Assembly (NCBI GenBank): GCA_036785375.1
Contig: JAWMAR010000105.1
Coordinates: forward strand, 2,418,001-2,482,000
Length of the DNA: 64,000 nucleotides
Source: Leucoraja ocellata
Taxonomy: Eukaryota
Reading direction: 5' to 3'
A model generated the notes under the pieces. The model ran no database searches and was not told where the DNA came from. It saw only the letters and a list, made by a program, of their open reading frames with translations. Positions 62,750-64,000 of the stretch are shown here, one piece after another. Made by a program: the position numbers and the translations under genes. Within the stretch, counting starts at the first letter, position 1, and every line of letters starts with the position of its first letter.

Positions 62750-63065
62750 CATAAGACATGGGAGCAGAATTAGGCCATTCGGCCCATCGAGTCTGATCCG
62801 CCATTCATTCATGGCTGATCTATCTTTTTTATCTTAACCTCATTCTCCACGTGACCTTTGACGCCCTCACTAATCAAGAATCTATCAATCACTGCTTTAA
62901 AAAGACCCAATGACTTGGCAATAAATACCAAAGATTCACCACCCCCTGGCTACAGAAACTCATCTTCATCTCAATTCTAAAAGGTACGTACTTTCATTCT
63001 GAGGCTGTGCCCTCTGGTCCTAGACTCTCCCACTACTGGAAACATCCTGTCTCTGTGCATTCTAC
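62750..63065 (-). mobile_element. CR1 3' fragment
   Basis: gagcagaattaggccattcggcccatcgagtctg...ctgaggctgtgccctctggtcctagactctcccac. Confidence 0.75.
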
Positions 63066-63667
63066 CTCTGCCTTATAGCTAAAGCAACCTGAGAAACTTG
63101 TGCTTGACTATATTTTTCCTCCCAAATGGCTCATTTAGTAATTTTCCGAGCATACAACAAGGAGAATAAGGTCTGGACAATTGCTGAAGGGATTTTGACA
63201 ACCAATGCTTAACAAGCCTTTGCTTGTACAGGTACAACTCTATAATCATTGCAATAGAAGCCATATAGAAGCCTGATGTGATTCTAGATTAGCTAATAGA
63301 GAGTTTAAAATGTTGCTTTAAACCTACAACATTTTTTTCATCTAATTCTTCCACCTTTCACTGAGATTAAAACAGCCCATTGAAAATTAAATATTTACAC
63401 ATTTTCGATAGGGCTATGAAAACAGCACAAGCTGTTCCAATGGAAATTACGTTTTTATGTAATACTGTTAATTATGGACTCTGAAAATCATAATGATTTT
63501 AGTGTTGGAGCAGCTAATCATCCCATCGAGTAGTACAGCCCCATGCAAGAGCGATCCAGCGAGTCCCACTCGTCTGCCCTTTTTCCACGCTCTGCAACGT
63601 AATTATTCCCCTTTAAGCATTTATCCAGTTCCCTTCAAAACACAAAATTAAGTTTATTAAAAAAAAA

Positions 63668-63798
63668 TTGCAGATGCTGGAATTCTGAAACCAAAACAGA
63701 AATTGTTGGAAAATCTAAAAAGGGGTCCTGACCCAAAAAGTCCCCTATCTAGGTTCTCCAGGGATGCTGCCTGACTCCCTCAGTTACTCCAGTTTTGT
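63668..63798. mobile_element. Degenerate PLE terminal-repeat pair
   Basis: tgcagatgctgg... followed by ggggtcctgacccaaaaagtcccctatc...gatgctgcctgac...gttactccag. Confidence 0.6.
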
Positions 63799-64000
63799 AT
63801 ACCAGTCATGGCTTCTTCCTCCCTCTGGCTGTAATTGCCAGATTCCAACCATTCTCTATGTTGATAGTGTATCCTAGCGTCATCTTTGAAGTTTCTCTCA
63901 ATCTACTTCGCCTAAACCATTCCTGATGTTAACTGTCTCTATCAGATGTCCTTGCACCTTCTTCCTCTGTTCATATTTTAGAAGCAGAATTAGGCCATTT

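Noticed and set aside
49000-64000. Exons of a neighbouring gene such as enkd1
   Set aside because: No ORF or peptide in this interval resembles a host protein I can recognise.

Overview
AT-rich, repeat-dense vertebrate DNA; the repeat families (HE1/V-SINE-like SINEs, HER1/CR1 LINEs) suggest an elasmobranch such as a skate or ray (inference). The only host coding sequence I can support is the last coding exon of pard6a (Par-6 alpha; pseudo-CRIB + PDZ + C-terminal tail, 45366-46213, + strand), followed by a probable ~2.4 kb 3'UTR. I found no upstream pard6a exon, so 1-45365 is probably one large intron. The rest is transposable-element debris: CR1 LINEs, Rex1-like and RTE-like fragments, tRNA-derived SINEs, a hAT-Charlie MITE, PIF/Harbinger-like MITEs and about 20 relics of a Penelope-like element (PLE, GIY-YIG type). 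The most striking signal is that the PLE terminal repeat carries a minimal type-I hammerhead ribozyme motif (CUGANGA-A-[helix II]-GAAAC-GUH). It occurs as short (33-280 bp), often fold-back, insertions with 11-17 bp target-site duplications, and its core is repeatedly destroyed at two CpG sites. All family assignments are by eye, without database searches.
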